DNA of 64,000 bases, taken from contig JBBAAO010000001.1 in NCBI GenBank assembly GCA_041658205.1, positions 710,800 through 774,799 on the forward strand. The letters run 5' to 3'. Source of the DNA: Bacteroidota bacterium. Its GTDB lineage: Bacteria > Bacteroidota > Ignavibacteria > UBA10030 > UBA8401. The notes beneath the pieces are model-generated. The model was not told where the DNA came from, searched no databases, and saw nothing but the letters and a program-made list of their open reading frames with translations. Shown here in pieces: positions 48,303-58,114 of this stretch. The position numbers were made by a program, and so were the translations under genes. Within the stretch, counting starts at the first letter, position 1. The number at the start of each line of letters is the position of its first letter.

Positions 48303-48340
48303 ATCAATGGATCAATGAATAAATGAATTAATGAATCAAT
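48298..48340. repeat. Tandem AATGAAT-like heptamer repeat (about 6 units). Downstream inverted arm flanking the four-helix-bundle gene.
   Basis: aaatgaatcaatggatcaatgaataaatgaattaatgaatcaat, read directly from the sequence. Confidence 0.6.
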
Positions 48341-48346
48341 TTCCTT

Positions 48347-49471
48347 ATGAATGCTAAACTCAAAATAGGCGTGTTATTTGGCGGCCGCTCTGCCGAACAC
48401 GAAGTTTCACTCGTATCCGCGGCATCGGTGATCAATGCATTGGACAAATCGAAATACGATGTTGTTCCGATCGGCATTACAAAAGAGGGAAGGTGGTTGA
48501 GTGCCGTAAATGCTATTCAATTGCTGAAAGACCATTCGCCGATTGAACAGCTCCCCGAGCACGTGCTTCTTCCCGATCCGCGAAAACAATCGCTCGTCAA
48601 CATCAGCGGTGCATTTCCACAAAATGCGCAAAAAGTGGATGTCATCTTTCCCGTAATCCACGGAACATTCGGCGAGGATGGAACGATTCAAGGATTGTTT
48701 GAATTAGCAGATCTACCGTATGTTGGTGCCGGCGTATTGGGCTCGGCTGTAGGAATGGATAAAGTTATTGCAAAACAATTATTACAAAATGTTCATATTC
48801 CGGTTGCGCCGGGTATCTCGTTCATGTATTCGCAGTTCAAAACGAAATCCAAACAATATATTGTCGATATTGAAAAGAAATTGAAATATCCCTGCTTTGT
48901 GAAACCGCCGAACCAAGGATCGAGCGTTGGGATCAGTAAAGCACATAATCGGAAAGAACTTATTGCCGCAATTCATGCTGCGGGAGAATATGACAGAAAG
49001 ATTCTTGTAGAAAAAGCGGTGAACAGACCGAGAGAGATTGAATTAAGTGTGTTGGGTAATGATGAACCAATCGTTTCCCTGCCGGGTGAGATCGTCCCCT
49101 CGAACGAATTTTATGACTACGATGCGAAGTATGTGGATGGAAAATCGTCTGCTCATATTCCTGCAAAACTCACCAAACCAGTCATAAAAAAATTGCAGGA
49201 TTGTGCATTGAAAGCATATATTGCGTTGGATTGTTCGGGAATGGCTCGAGTCGATTTCCTGCTGCAACGAAACGGGAAATTCTATCTGAATGAGATTAAC
49301 ACAATTCCCGGTTTTACTTCCATCAGCATGTATCCAAAATTATGGGAAGCGTCAGGAATTTCGTATTCTGAATTGCTCGATCGGTTGATCGGATATGCCA
49401 TTGAACGATATGAATCAAAGAAGAAGTTAAAAACATTTTATACACCAAAATCAGATTGGTACAAAGAATAA
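48347..49471 (+). CDS. ddl: D-alanine--D-alanine ligase
   Basis: 374 aa. ATP-grasp fold. N-terminal [20 protein letters not shown] and C-terminal ARVDFLL...[12 protein letters not shown] motifs. Confidence 0.9.
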   Translation: MNAKLKIGVLFGGRSAEHEVSLVSAASVINALDKSKYDVVPIGITKEGRWLSAVNAIQLLKDHSPIEQLPEHVLLPDPRKQSLVNISGAFPQNAQKVDVIFPVIHGTFGEDGTIQGLFELADLPYVGAGVLGSAVGMDKVIAKQLLQNVHIPVAPGISFMYSQFKTKSKQYIVDIEKKLKYPCFVKPPNQGSSVGISKAHNRKELIAAIHAAGEYDRKILVEKAVNRPREIELSVLGNDEPIVSLPGEIVPSNEFYDYDAKYVDGKSSAHIPAKLTKPVIKKLQDCALKAYIALDCSGMARVDFLLQRNGKFYLNEINTIPGFTSISMYPKLWEASGISYSELLDRLIGYAIERYESKKKLKTFYTPKSDWYKE

Positions 49472-49568
49472 TGAATACGAAACAATTTCGTTTCTTGCAA
49501 TCGCCATCAATATATTGTATTGTGAGGTAGAAATAATTAACAAGGTATCATAAAACAGGGGTGCTGTT

Positions 49569-51005
49569 GTGATAAACAAAACAAAACAAAACAAAACAAT
49601 ATTCTTTAATCTTCTTATTTATTTCCCATTTCTTGCCCTATTTTCCCAGTTGCTTTCTTCGCAGATTGTGATTAAAGATTCGATCGTTATCATTCCCAAA
49701 ACGCAGATTATCCCGAGCATTATTATTCCAGATCCTCTTCCCGATCCCGATCCATTGCCAAGGACGAAATATTTTATGACAAGCGATTATGCCGGATTTC
49801 CTGCGGCTGATTTTGTCTTTCTTCCCGGTACACTCGAAAATGTCCGTTTGAAATTGACGTATAATCTTACGTTGCTAAATCTCGATGCGTACTATCCGCA
49901 AGGTTTTAGTTTTACAATGGTGCCAATTTATTTAGGTCCGTATATTTTTTCCGTCGATGTGCCGCCAAGCAATCAAGTAACCCAATCAGGAACTGTAGAT
50001 GTGTTCGATCTCTATGGCAGCGGTTTACCGTCAGAGGGTTTGTTTAATTTCAGTATGCACCACGGTGGTCCAACAGGACTTACTATTAATGATGCCGGAG
50101 ATTCTGCTGTATTTAGTTATCATTTTGATGTGCCATTACATTACATTTTAGATGGCACTGCAACGCTTTATGTTGACACGACAAAAAGTGCAAAAATTTC
50201 TATAACGGTATCCGATGAAACTTTATTACCACTTTCAGATAGCGATAACAAGGGACCTAAAAAAGCGCGAGTTATTGATTTTTCGAATGTGAAACGAACA
50301 AAAGTTACAGTTATAGTAAAAGATGGTTCAGATACTCCAATGCCCAATTACCCGTTTACAATAAACGCATTGATAAGAGGTTATTCCGGCGGACATGATC
50401 ACAATACTACACGTCCGGTTGGAAGATTTATTTTGAAAAAAGATACTGTAAGCGTAATGAAATGCACAACTGATGTAAAAGGTGAAATTAAACTTGATTA
50501 TTTATGCAGTGGCTTTGGTGGTGTCGATTCCATTTTTGTTCAAGGCGAAACCAACAAAGATACGGCGTCTGCAACAATTGTGGTAAAAGTACCTGGTTTG
50601 ACGGAATTAACTTCTGGCAGCCATTATGATTTGATTGGTGCAAATGCAGGGGGTTCACATCATAATAAGAATCATTACGGGAAGGCAAACTTGATTAATA
50701 CTTTAAAAACTATTGCAGATACGGCTTATTCTAAAAAATCATATAGACTTCGTTTCAATGATATGAGTTTAATATATGGTGGACCTTTTGATATCAATAA
50801 TAATTGGGATACACCTCATCAGAATCATAGAGAAGGTGTCAGTGTTGATGTTAGTAGTACTGCAGTTACTGATAATGGGAGTAGCAGAAGTGTCACTGAG
50901 GATCGGCTGAGTAACTGGCTTGGGACTTCATCAAGAGGATTTAGATACTATTCAATTCAAAATGAAGTGTTAACGGCTCGACATTATCATGTAACAGTTC
51001 CATAA
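49569..51005 (+). CDS. Hypothetical secreted protein (possible metal-dependent hydrolase)
   Basis: 478 aa with a GTG start and signal-like N-terminus. Contains a DPLPDPDPLPR linker and His-rich motifs (GGSHHNKNHYG, HQNHREGVSVD). The start is uncertain because of the (AAAAC)n tract at 49572-49595. Confidence 0.4.
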   Translation: MINKTKQNKTIFFNLLIYFPFLALFSQLLSSQIVIKDSIVIIPKTQIIPSIIIPDPLPDPDPLPRTKYFMTSDYAGFPAADFVFLPGTLENVRLKLTYNLTLLNLDAYYPQGFSFTMVPIYLGPYIFSVDVPPSNQVTQSGTVDVFDLYGSGLPSEGLFNFSMHHGGPTGLTINDAGDSAVFSYHFDVPLHYILDGTATLYVDTTKSAKISITVSDETLLPLSDSDNKGPKKARVIDFSNVKRTKVTVIVKDGSDTPMPNYPFTINALIRGYSGGHDHNTTRPVGRFILKKDTVSVMKCTTDVKGEIKLDYLCSGFGGVDSIFVQGETNKDTASATIVVKVPGLTELTSGSHYDLIGANAGGSHHNKNHYGKANLINTLKTIADTAYSKKSYRLRFNDMSLIYGGPFDINNNWDTPHQNHREGVSVDVSSTAVTDNGSSRSVTEDRLSNWLGTSSRGFRYYSIQNEVLTARHYHVTVP

Positions 51006-51020
51006 GATAAGGAGAAAATT

Positions 51021-51941
51021 ATGAAAATACTTTATGCTATTATTACAATAAGCTTGTTTGTAAAAATACTCAGCGGTCAAACTTTTGAAACACGCAATAA
51101 AATTGATCTAAAGATTGGTTTTAATTTGACAGTTAATAACCAGATATATAATTACAATTATTCTCTTACAAACAGTGCAACTGCAAAGGAGAGCGTGTAC
51201 ATATTTGACCTTCGTCTCCCCACTAATGTTCCGATAAACAATCTAAATGGACCCTTAAATTGGGGTAAAGTATTATTTTCTGATTCACCACAATTGATTC
51301 GTTGGATTGCCGATGTTGATGACGAAACGGACCATTATGGAAAAAACGTAATTGGTCACAGCGTTTCCCTAAGCGATTTCTCCTTCAATAGCAGTAATTC
51401 TCTTCCCGGAATTCTCATTTATTATTCTGAAGGATGGGCCCCAGCTCCAGTCTTCGAAGAAGGTGATGAAACCGATACCATTCCTGGCTATACTGACCTC
51501 ACCCCTTATGGACCTGGTGTTGTCGGCAAAACCGTCGGTCCCGTTCAACCTCCAATCCCATTCGTCCATTTATCATATCTTGACACGCTCATTGCCTACA
51601 CTCACCAGTCCGCAGCACTTGGTTGGCTCAAATCCAAACAAGACGAGGATAGTGATGATGGCGAGGAGAAACCTGAAGACGGAATTGTAAACAATTTGGC
51701 TAAACGTCTGCAAAAAGCGAAAACCGAATTGGTCAGAGGCGATTCTGTTAAAGCTCGGAAAGAGTTGGGAAAATTCCTGAAAAAAGTTGAAACTATCCAT
51801 GATCGAAGTGTAAAAGCTGAACAGAAAAAAAAGGAAGATGATGTTATTATGACGAGCGAATCGTTTGCACTTTTAAAATATAATGGCGAATATTTATTAG
51901 AACGACTACCAGCGAAGACAAAGGGAAGGAATGACAAATGA
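51021..51941 (+). CDS. Hypothetical secreted protein with an acidic C-terminal region
   Basis: 306 aa with a signal peptide. No recognised domain. Overlaps the next gene by 4 nt. Confidence 0.4.
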   Translation: MKILYAIITISLFVKILSGQTFETRNKIDLKIGFNLTVNNQIYNYNYSLTNSATAKESVYIFDLRLPTNVPINNLNGPLNWGKVLFSDSPQLIRWIADVDDETDHYGKNVIGHSVSLSDFSFNSSNSLPGILIYYSEGWAPAPVFEEGDETDTIPGYTDLTPYGPGVVGKTVGPVQPPIPFVHLSYLDTLIAYTHQSAALGWLKSKQDEDSDDGEEKPEDGIVNNLAKRLQKAKTELVRGDSVKARKELGKFLKKVETIHDRSVKAEQKKKEDDVIMTSESFALLKYNGEYLLERLPAKTKGRNDK

Positions 51942-52588
51942 AAAAGTTTTTCTTTTTTGCATTATTATTCAATATGCTGTTTTCGCAGCACAAACTTCCC
52001 TTTGCCTCACAAAACAACACTATTGAACTTGCCATTACCAACTCTGCAACCATTGATGCTGGAAATGTAACGGTTACCGTCTCAAACGCACCAACATGGA
52101 TTCGCTTCAATAATCCCCGCCAAGCAGAAGGCGGGCACGTAGCATCTGAAATTCAAAATCTTAAATCGGGAGAATCTGGAACTTCACGCTTTACATTCTC
52201 GGTGGATAAATCGGCGCCTGTTGGAAAAGAGCACGCACTGCAATTTGTAATTTCATCACTGAGCGGTGAAGAATGGAAGAAAGAAATTTCCATTCAAGTT
52301 GCCGCTCCGGAACAGTTTGAATTGTATCAGAATTATCCCAATCCGTTTAACCCAAGCACAACAATCAGTTTTTTACTTCCAACAGCAGGTGATGTTTCTC
52401 TGAAAGTGTTTGATGTTGTGGGAAGAGAAGTAGTTACGTTATTTGATGAGGTGAAAGTCGCAGGATTTCATCAACAAGTTTGGGACGCTACCAATGTTGC
52501 AACCGGAGTATATATTTACCAACTCTCTTATTATAATCAAAAAGGGGAACAAGAATATCATCGAAAAAAATTACTGTTCCTAAAATAA
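51938..52588 (+). CDS. Secreted protein with a T9SS C-terminal sorting domain
   Basis: 216 aa. Signal peptide plus C-terminal YQNYPNPFNPSTTISF...LKVFDVVGREV (Por_Secre_tail type). Confidence 0.55.
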   Translation: MKKFFFFALLFNMLFSQHKLPFASQNNTIELAITNSATIDAGNVTVTVSNAPTWIRFNNPRQAEGGHVASEIQNLKSGESGTSRFTFSVDKSAPVGKEHALQFVISSLSGEEWKKEISIQVAAPEQFELYQNYPNPFNPSTTISFLLPTAGDVSLKVFDVVGREVVTLFDEVKVAGFHQQVWDATNVATGVYIYQLSYYNQKGEQEYHRKKLLFLK

Positions 52589-52666
52589 TCCTGTTGTTAG
52601 GAGTTTTTATTGCTGCCCGCTGATTTGTAACACGATATGCGTAATGGTTGTTGACGAAGTAATATT

Positions 52667-52730
52667 TTGAACGATACAAAACTTTTGGTATACTATATCC
52701 GTTCTGATCGGCAGAACGGATGTTTTATTT
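52667..52730 (+). promoter_or_regulatory. Second copy of the promoter+hairpin module (TTGAAC, 16-nt spacer, TGgTATACT, then hairpin atccgttctg/cagaacggat and a T-run), upstream of the cNMP-binding gene
   Basis: -35 at 52667-52672. -10 at 52689-52694. Perfect 10-bp stem at 52697-52721, followed by GTTTTATTT. Confidence 0.45.
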
Positions 52731-52743
52731 ATAGAGCTAAAGT

Positions 52744-53613
52744 ATGATCACCAAAGAATTTCTCTCCAAGATACCCATCTTTAAATTTCTTCCGGAAGAA
52801 GACCACATTTCGCTTGTCAGTTTATGGAGAGTGAAAACATTGAAAGCGGGTGAAGTGCTTTTTCGGAAAGGAGAGCCAGGATCATCCATGTATGTTATTG
52901 AAGATGGAGAGATCGAAATCCTTCTTCCTGTTGATCCTCCGGTGAACGAAGTTCAACTTTCCATCTTGAAGGAAGGGGAATTCTTTGGCGAACTTTCCCT
53001 CTTTGCTGATACACCTCGGACTGCAACGGCACGCGCGTTAACGAATACGAATCTTGTCGAGATGCAGCGGGGCGATTTTATCACGTTTGTGATGGAGCGT
53101 CCGTCGATTGGTATTTCCATGTTAAGCGAGATGGCGAAACGTTTGCAAATGACGAACGAACTCATTACATCGCTTGCATCCAAGAATCCAAATGATGAAA
53201 TCGAAGAGACATTAAGCATTGGTGACCGTATAGCAGATAAGATTGCAGAATTTGGCGGAAGTTGGAGATTCATCCTTTCGTTTGGTGCATTTATGTTTAT
53301 GTGGATTACCATTAATGTGTTGCAGTTTATTGTTAAGCCGTTTGATGAATATCCATTCACATTCTTGAACCTGATGCTTTCTACAGTTGCGGCACTACAA
53401 GCGCCGGTTATTATGATGAGCCAAAATCGTGCTCAGAAAAAAGATCGTTTAAAAGCCGATCTCGATTATCAAGTCAATATAAAATCGGAATTGATGCTGC
53501 AGCAATTACATCAAAAAATGGATCGGTTGTTGGACGAAGAAATGGAGCACATACGAAGAGAATTTAATTTGATGAAGAGTCCTGTCAAAGCTAAAAAGAA
53601 GACAAAAAAATGA
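52744..53613 (+). CDS. Cyclic nucleotide-binding domain protein fused to a DUF1003-like membrane domain
   Basis: 289 aa. cNMP-binding motifs (GEFFGELSLF, RTATARA). C-terminal two-TM region typical of DUF1003. Confidence 0.65.
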   Translation: MITKEFLSKIPIFKFLPEEDHISLVSLWRVKTLKAGEVLFRKGEPGSSMYVIEDGEIEILLPVDPPVNEVQLSILKEGEFFGELSLFADTPRTATARALTNTNLVEMQRGDFITFVMERPSIGISMLSEMAKRLQMTNELITSLASKNPNDEIEETLSIGDRIADKIAEFGGSWRFILSFGAFMFMWITINVLQFIVKPFDEYPFTFLNLMLSTVAALQAPVIMMSQNRAQKKDRLKADLDYQVNIKSELMLQQLHQKMDRLLDEEMEHIRREFNLMKSPVKAKKKTKK

Positions 53614-54671
53614 AATTCAATCGACCGGTCATTATCGGCGGTTTGTGGTTTTTTTTAGGATTGATCTATTCCAGTCAATCCTTTTTTTATTCCCTTAGTG
53701 TGGGGCGGGAATATGTCTGGCAGCGATCGCTTTTCCATTCGTTCGTCTTTTGCATTGAATGGGGTTTCCTCACACCGTTAGTTCTCAAAATTGTAGAGCG
53801 GTTCCGATTAGATGCGAAGAGTTTTCGCAGGAATCTCTTTTATCATTTTTCTTTCGGACTTGTGATAGCATTTGTGCAACAGTTGGTGTATGTGTATATA
53901 GTGAATTTTGTTGACAGCGGATTTCAATTAACAAAATCATTTTTAGGATATTTCCCTTCGATCATTGGTTTTTTTGAATTTGGCGTGCTGATTTATTGGG
54001 CAATTGTTTTTATGTATCACGCCATCGGATATTATCACCGCTACCAGCAGGAAGAAAAGAATGCTTCAGAACTTCGGTCGCAGCTTGTTGAATCTCAATT
54101 ACAAGCGTTAAAAATGCAGTTGCAGCCGCATTTTCTATTCAACACTCTAAACGCAATATTTGTCCTTGTTAAAAAAGAGCCTTCACTCGCCCAAAAAATG
54201 ATCGTCCGATTAAGCGATCTTCTTCGATTGACGCTGGAGCGGGGAAATGCAAATACCGTGAGCCTCGAACAAGAACTGGAATTCCTCAATACGTATCTTG
54301 CCATCGAGAAAGTCCGGTTTGGAGATCGGTTGTCCATTAAAATGAATATTGAAGAATCGGCTCTGAGTTCATCTGTTCCGACATTCCTTTTGCAACCTCT
54401 TGTGGAAAATTCCATCCGTCATGGATTAGCGCAGCGTGCCGGAGATGGATGGATTGAAATATCATCTGAGGTGAAAAAGGGAAAACTCTTTCTTTCAGTG
54501 GAGGATGGCGGAACAAAATCCAGACGCAAAAAAGAAAATTCAGATGGGATTGGTGTTGGATTGGAGAATACCAAAAAGCGTTTGAAACAATTGTATGGCG
54601 ATCAATTCAATTTTGAAATGCGCCCTAATGAGCAGAATGGATTTACGGTAAGAATAGAAATACCGGTTTAA
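53610..54671 (+). CDS. Sensor histidine kinase, LytS/YehU (His_kinase PF06580) type
   Basis: 353 aa. N-terminal TM helices, the HFLFNTLNAI signature, and a C-terminal HATPase (GIGVGLENTKKRL). Confidence 0.75.
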   Translation: MKFNRPVIIGGLWFFLGLIYSSQSFFYSLSVGREYVWQRSLFHSFVFCIEWGFLTPLVLKIVERFRLDAKSFRRNLFYHFSFGLVIAFVQQLVYVYIVNFVDSGFQLTKSFLGYFPSIIGFFEFGVLIYWAIVFMYHAIGYYHRYQQEEKNASELRSQLVESQLQALKMQLQPHFLFNTLNAIFVLVKKEPSLAQKMIVRLSDLLRLTLERGNANTVSLEQELEFLNTYLAIEKVRFGDRLSIKMNIEESALSSSVPTFLLQPLVENSIRHGLAQRAGDGWIEISSEVKKGKLFLSVEDGGTKSRRKKENSDGIGVGLENTKKRLKQLYGDQFNFEMRPNEQNGFTVRIEIPV

Positions 54672-54699
54672 GTATAATTCCTTTCAAGCATTTCCATCT

Positions 54700-55470
54700 A
54701 TGATTTCCTCAAAAAAAATAGCAGTAATGATTGTTGATGACGAGCCGCTTGCCCGTCATGGATTACGGGAAATATTCGAAGAGGAAAAAGATATTGTTAT
54801 TATAGCAGAATCGAGTGATGGAGAAGAAGCGGTAGAACACATTAAGAAATACAAGCCGGATGTTTTGTTTTTGGATATTCAAATGCCGGAAATGAATGGT
54901 TTTGATGTTGTGAAGAGTCTTAAAACGAAAGACCTGCCACTTGTTGTTTTCGTAACGGCATACGATGAATATGCAATTAAAGCATTTTCAGCAAACGCAC
55001 TGGATTATATTTTAAAGCCATATGATGCTGAACGGATATACTCGTCATTGCATCGTGTAAGGGAAATGATACGACTGAAACAGACTGCGTCGTACTCTGA
55101 ACGGATGATGGAAGCGTTAAAATCATTTCAGTCAACTTCTACATATATCGAACGCATTTCCATCCGCAATGCGGGGAAAATTTATTTTGTAAATATTGAA
55201 GAAATCCTCTGGATAGAAGCAGCGGCTGATTATATTCACATCCATACAAAAAGTGGGAAACACACCACGCGCGAAACAATTGGCACCATTGAACAGCAGC
55301 TTGATCCTTCAAAATTTATTCGCATTCATCGCTCATCCATCGTCAATCTTAATGCTGTTCGTGAATTGCAACCTGAGCATCATGGTGATTATACTGCCAT
55401 TCTAGATCAAGGTGTCAAACTCACAGTGAGCAGGAAATACAAAGAAAAACTCTCTTTTTTGTTGGAATAG
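54700..55470 (+). CDS. LytR/AlgR family response regulator (REC + LytTR DNA-binding domain)
   Basis: 256 aa. REC domain (VDDEPLAR...LDIQMP) and a C-terminal LytTR domain. Confidence 0.85.
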   Translation: MISSKKIAVMIVDDEPLARHGLREIFEEEKDIVIIAESSDGEEAVEHIKKYKPDVLFLDIQMPEMNGFDVVKSLKTKDLPLVVFVTAYDEYAIKAFSANALDYILKPYDAERIYSSLHRVREMIRLKQTASYSERMMEALKSFQSTSTYIERISIRNAGKIYFVNIEEILWIEAAADYIHIHTKSGKHTTRETIGTIEQQLDPSKFIRIHRSSIVNLNAVRELQPEHHGDYTAILDQGVKLTVSRKYKEKLSFLLE

Positions 55471-55579
55471 TTCCTCTTTTGATTCAGCAATTCATCCCTC
55501 GCCACCTCCATTTCGTCGCAAAAAAGTTCATTCTTTCTCTTGTTTCGTATAATTTTGAGTTATAATAATAGGAGGATTA

Positions 55580-57967
55580 ATGAAACAGCTGTTTACTCTA
55601 CTTCTCTTCATAACGCTTAATGTATCCGCGCAATATTTTACGAAAGTCACCACCGGTCCTCAATCAAATGATGGAGGGGATTCCCGCAGTGTTAACTGGA
55701 TTGATTATGATAATGACAACGATTTGGACCTGTTTATTTCCAACGGACCAAGCGCTAAGGCAAATAATTTTCTTTATAAAAATAACGGTGATGGCACCTT
55801 CACAAAAATTACCGACGCATCTATCGTGAACGATCCGGGAAGTTATGACGGAAGCACGTGGGCAGATTATGACAATGATGGATACATAGACGCATTTACT
55901 GCGACGTGGTATGGCCAACAAAACAGTCTGCACCGTCAACGGAATGGGAAGTTTGAAGAAGTGTTTCCGAGAGATATTTCAAAAGACTTTACACATTCCG
56001 AAACTGCAAGCTGGGGAGATTATGATAACGACGGATATGTCGATCTGTATCTGGCAAACAGTGCCGTACATCTCGCCAATATTTTATATCACAACAACGG
56101 AGATGGAACATTTACAGAAGTGAAAACTGGCGCTATTGTTACGGATGAAGCGCCGACAAGAAGTGTAGACTGGTGCGATTTTGATAATGATGGCGATCTC
56201 GATTTGTTTGTCGCCAATGAGGGTGGGGCAAATGAAGCACTGTATTGGAATAATGGAAATGGCACATTTACCGCTGAGACTTCCGGATCGATTGTATCCG
56301 ATGGAGGAAAATCGTTCGGAAGCAGTGTTGCCGATATCGATAACGATGGAGACTTTGATATTCTCGTCGTCAATAACTCGAATGAAAGTGAATTTCTTTA
56401 TCGAAACAACGGGAATAAAACATTTTCCAAAGACACATCGGATATTGTTGTAAAAAGCAGTGGCTATTCTGTTGGTAGTGCGTTCGGCGATCTGGATAAT
56501 GACGGCGACCTTGATTTGATGGTTACAAATGCTTTTTCCGGAGCTTCTGCAACAAAGAATTTTTTATTTCTCAATAACGGTAACGGAACATTTATCAAAG
56601 TCGATACCGGAATTGTGTCGACCGATCTTGGGTGGTCCTATGGTGTTGCGTTTGGAGATTATGATAGGGACGGAGATTTAGATATTGCTACCGGCAATTG
56701 TTTCGGAGCAAACCAAAATAATGCATTGTACCGGAATGAAGGAAATGGTAACAAATGGTTAACGATTAAAGCGGTGGGCAAGGTTTCCAATTTTTCTGCC
56801 ATCGGTACAAAAGTGAAAGTAAAAACAACGATCAATGGAAAAACATTTTGGCAGGTGAGACAAGTTGCCGGCCAATCGGGATATTGCGGCCAAAATCTGG
56901 AATCGCATTTTGGATTAGGAAATGCAACCGTTATTGATTCGCTTGTTGTCGAGTTTCCGTCTGGACAAAAGATTGTTCAGACGAATATTGCTCCGAATCA
57001 ATTCATGGTTATCAAAGAGAATTTGCCTGCTGGCTATTTTAGGGGAGCAATGCAGATTGGGAATTTCGAAGATACCGATCCCGTTACTATTCAATTCAAG
57101 GATATTTCTAACACGGATCCGACTCAACCCGCTACGTCCTGGAAATGGGATCTGAACGGTGACAATGTCATCGATGCAACAACCGCTACAACCAGTTTTA
57201 CTTATACTATTCCAGACTCATACTCCATCTTGCTTATCGTAAGCAATGGCGTGAAAACCGATACTCTTCGCAGTAACGATGCCATCATTATTTCACCGGC
57301 AACAGCGATCATTCAATTTAATACCACAACCCATAATTTTGGTATCGTTGATGTGAATACTCCTATAAAAGATACAACGATGTATATTTATAATAAGGGG
57401 AAATTAAATGATTCAATTTCCATTTCACTTGTGTACGGTGCGACTTCGGCTCAAACGATCAAGCCGGATTCAGCTGTGAAAATATCACCAACATCGTTTG
57501 TATTAGCTGCGAATGACTCTCAGGCAATTATCTATGCAGTCTATCCACCGAAAGTAAATAGGACAAACTTGAACATTACGTATACTCCAAAGATTGTTAT
57601 TACATCAAAAAATAATCCTAGCGTAAAGATTTTCGAAAAGTCGATGTGGATAAAATTACAGGGAACATTGCTTTCGATCCAAAAAGGGATGGAGATGCCG
57701 ATGGAATATTTTTTGGAGCAAAATTATCCAAATCCTTTCAATCCAACGACCAAGATCGGATTTACGCTCCAGGTTTCAGGGTTCACGTCGTTGAAAATCT
57801 ATGATGCAATAGGAAGGGAAGTTGCAGTTCTGGCAAATGAATTTCTGGAAGCAAATATCCATCATCAACGAACATTTCAAGCTGATGCATTGTCCAGCGG
57901 AGTTTATTTTGCAAAGCTTCAAAATGGTGATCGCTCTCTTTTAAGAAAATTGACACTCATAAAGTGA
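55580..57967 (+). CDS. FG-GAP/VCBS repeat protein with an ASPIC/UnbV domain (CRTAC1-like) and a T9SS C-terminal domain
   Basis: 795 aa with a signal peptide. Repeated DYDNDGDLDL motifs. UnbV_ASPIC-like region (GYCGQNLESHFGLGNA). PKD-like region. C-terminal NYPNPFNPTTKI sorting domain. Confidence 0.7.
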   Translation: MKQLFTLLLFITLNVSAQYFTKVTTGPQSNDGGDSRSVNWIDYDNDNDLDLFISNGPSAKANNFLYKNNGDGTFTKITDASIVNDPGSYDGSTWADYDNDGYIDAFTATWYGQQNSLHRQRNGKFEEVFPRDISKDFTHSETASWGDYDNDGYVDLYLANSAVHLANILYHNNGDGTFTEVKTGAIVTDEAPTRSVDWCDFDNDGDLDLFVANEGGANEALYWNNGNGTFTAETSGSIVSDGGKSFGSSVADIDNDGDFDILVVNNSNESEFLYRNNGNKTFSKDTSDIVVKSSGYSVGSAFGDLDNDGDLDLMVTNAFSGASATKNFLFLNNGNGTFIKVDTGIVSTDLGWSYGVAFGDYDRDGDLDIATGNCFGANQNNALYRNEGNGNKWLTIKAVGKVSNFSAIGTKVKVKTTINGKTFWQVRQVAGQSGYCGQNLESHFGLGNATVIDSLVVEFPSGQKIVQTNIAPNQFMVIKENLPAGYFRGAMQIGNFEDTDPVTIQFKDISNTDPTQPATSWKWDLNGDNVIDATTATTSFTYTIPDSYSILLIVSNGVKTDTLRSNDAIIISPATAIIQFNTTTHNFGIVDVNTPIKDTTMYIYNKGKLNDSISISLVYGATSAQTIKPDSAVKISPTSFVLAANDSQAIIYAVYPPKVNRTNLNITYTPKIVITSKNNPSVKIFEKSMWIKLQGTLLSIQKGMEMPMEYFLEQNYPNPFNPTTKIGFTLQVSGFTSLKIYDAIGREVAVLANEFLEANIHHQRTFQADALSSGVYFAKLQNGDRSLLRKLTLIK

Positions 57968-58114
57968 TACAAGCTATCGTTTTTCAAACTTTATTTAGAA
58001 ATGCTGCAAGATGATTTGAAGACAACGGATTTAGGCATTTCGTCCCAAAAATTCTGTATTTAATCACTTTTTCATACCTGAGCAGCAGGAAATTGACGTA
58101 TTTGCATCGAATAT

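Noticed and set aside
48298-48340. Possibility that the AATGAAT tandem repeats are a CRISPR array
   Set aside because: The units are 7 nt with no spacers, far too short for CRISPR. There are no cas genes in the window. I treated them as simple tandem repeats or inverted arms.
49472-49500. Weak hairpin (acgaaa-caa-tttcgt) after ddl as a terminator
   Set aside because: The stem is only 6 bp and AT-rich, and the trailing T-run is short. Not convincing without transcript data.
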